Origin: Squalus acanthias
Taxonomy: Eukaryota
Direction: 5' to 3'
Assembly: GCA_030390025.1 (NCBI GenBank)
Contig: CM059431.1
Span: 106,456,001 to 106,520,000, forward strand
DNA length: 64,000 bases
Position numbers and translations under genes: made by a program. Under the pieces are notes generated by a model. The model had not been told where the DNA came from. It did no database searches and saw only the letters and a program-made list of their open reading frames with translations. The stretch's first letter is position 1. Each line of letters opens with the position of its first letter. Shown piece after piece: positions 63,701 to 64,000 of the stretch.

Positions 63701-63887
63701 TTTCAAATAAAACTGTTGGACTATAACCTGGTGTTGTGCGACTTCTCGTAATTATTCTAACATGGTTGTATACATCTACGGTCCGTGTCATTCTAACATT
63801 GTTTATCTCAGCATGAAGATCCAAATATAGGGCAATAAATGGCCTAAGTTGACAGTTAGTAAAGCCACCCATCAGGAAACCAAAGAG

Positions 63888-64000
63888 TGTCAGCTGTGGC
63901 TCAGTGGGCAGCACCCTTGCTCTCTCAGTCAGAATAGTTGTGGGTTCAAGTCCCACTCCACAGACTTGAGCACAAAAATCTAGGCTGACACTCCCCAGTG
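63888..64000 (+). mobile_element. DeuSINE 5' part (runs off the window)
   Basis: gtcagctgtggctcagtggg..gggttcaagtcccactcc.. Confidence 0.9.

Larger units (their letters stand above)
63506..63747. mobile_element. Palindromic PLE-derived element with two opposed hammerheads
   Basis: Perfect 96-bp arms 63547-63642 and 63652-63747, 9-nt loop, 11-bp TSD GTAATTATTCT. Confidence 0.92.

Overview
Vertebrate genomic DNA, almost certainly a cartilaginous fish (shark-type SINEs: SacSINE1-like DeuSINEs, HE1-like V-SINEs). The only host gene is protocadherin-9 (PCDH9) on the minus strand. Its giant first coding exon runs 19422->16393 (signal peptide, cadherin repeats, TM, proximal cytoplasmic tail), ends at a CAG|GTAACC donor, and has a 35-codon in-frame read-through tail ending at 16285. 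A GC-box/CCAAT promoter lies at ~20.2 kb. Positions 1-16.3 kb are intron or alternative 3' UTR; 20.5-64 kb is upstream DNA. The rest is a dense, often nested set of CR1, L2 and a third LINE family, four SINE families, PIF/Harbinger-like and hAT MITEs, and Penelope-like elements (PLEs). Most notable: (i) short PLE-derived insertions carrying minimal, dimer-type hammerhead ribozymes, including a TSD-flanked perfect 96-bp palindrome with an intact hammerhead on each strand (63506-63747) and an intronic copy in which only the ribozyme antisense to PCDH9 is complete; (ii) an unexplained ~450-bp-arm inverted repeat at 41.1-42.5 kb; (iii) a probably conserved short PCDH9 isoform and a strong intronic poly(A) site; (iv) an open CR1 reverse-transcriptase fragment with no tail inside a MITE. 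Family names are from recall, not database searches. Boundaries of old repeats are approximate.
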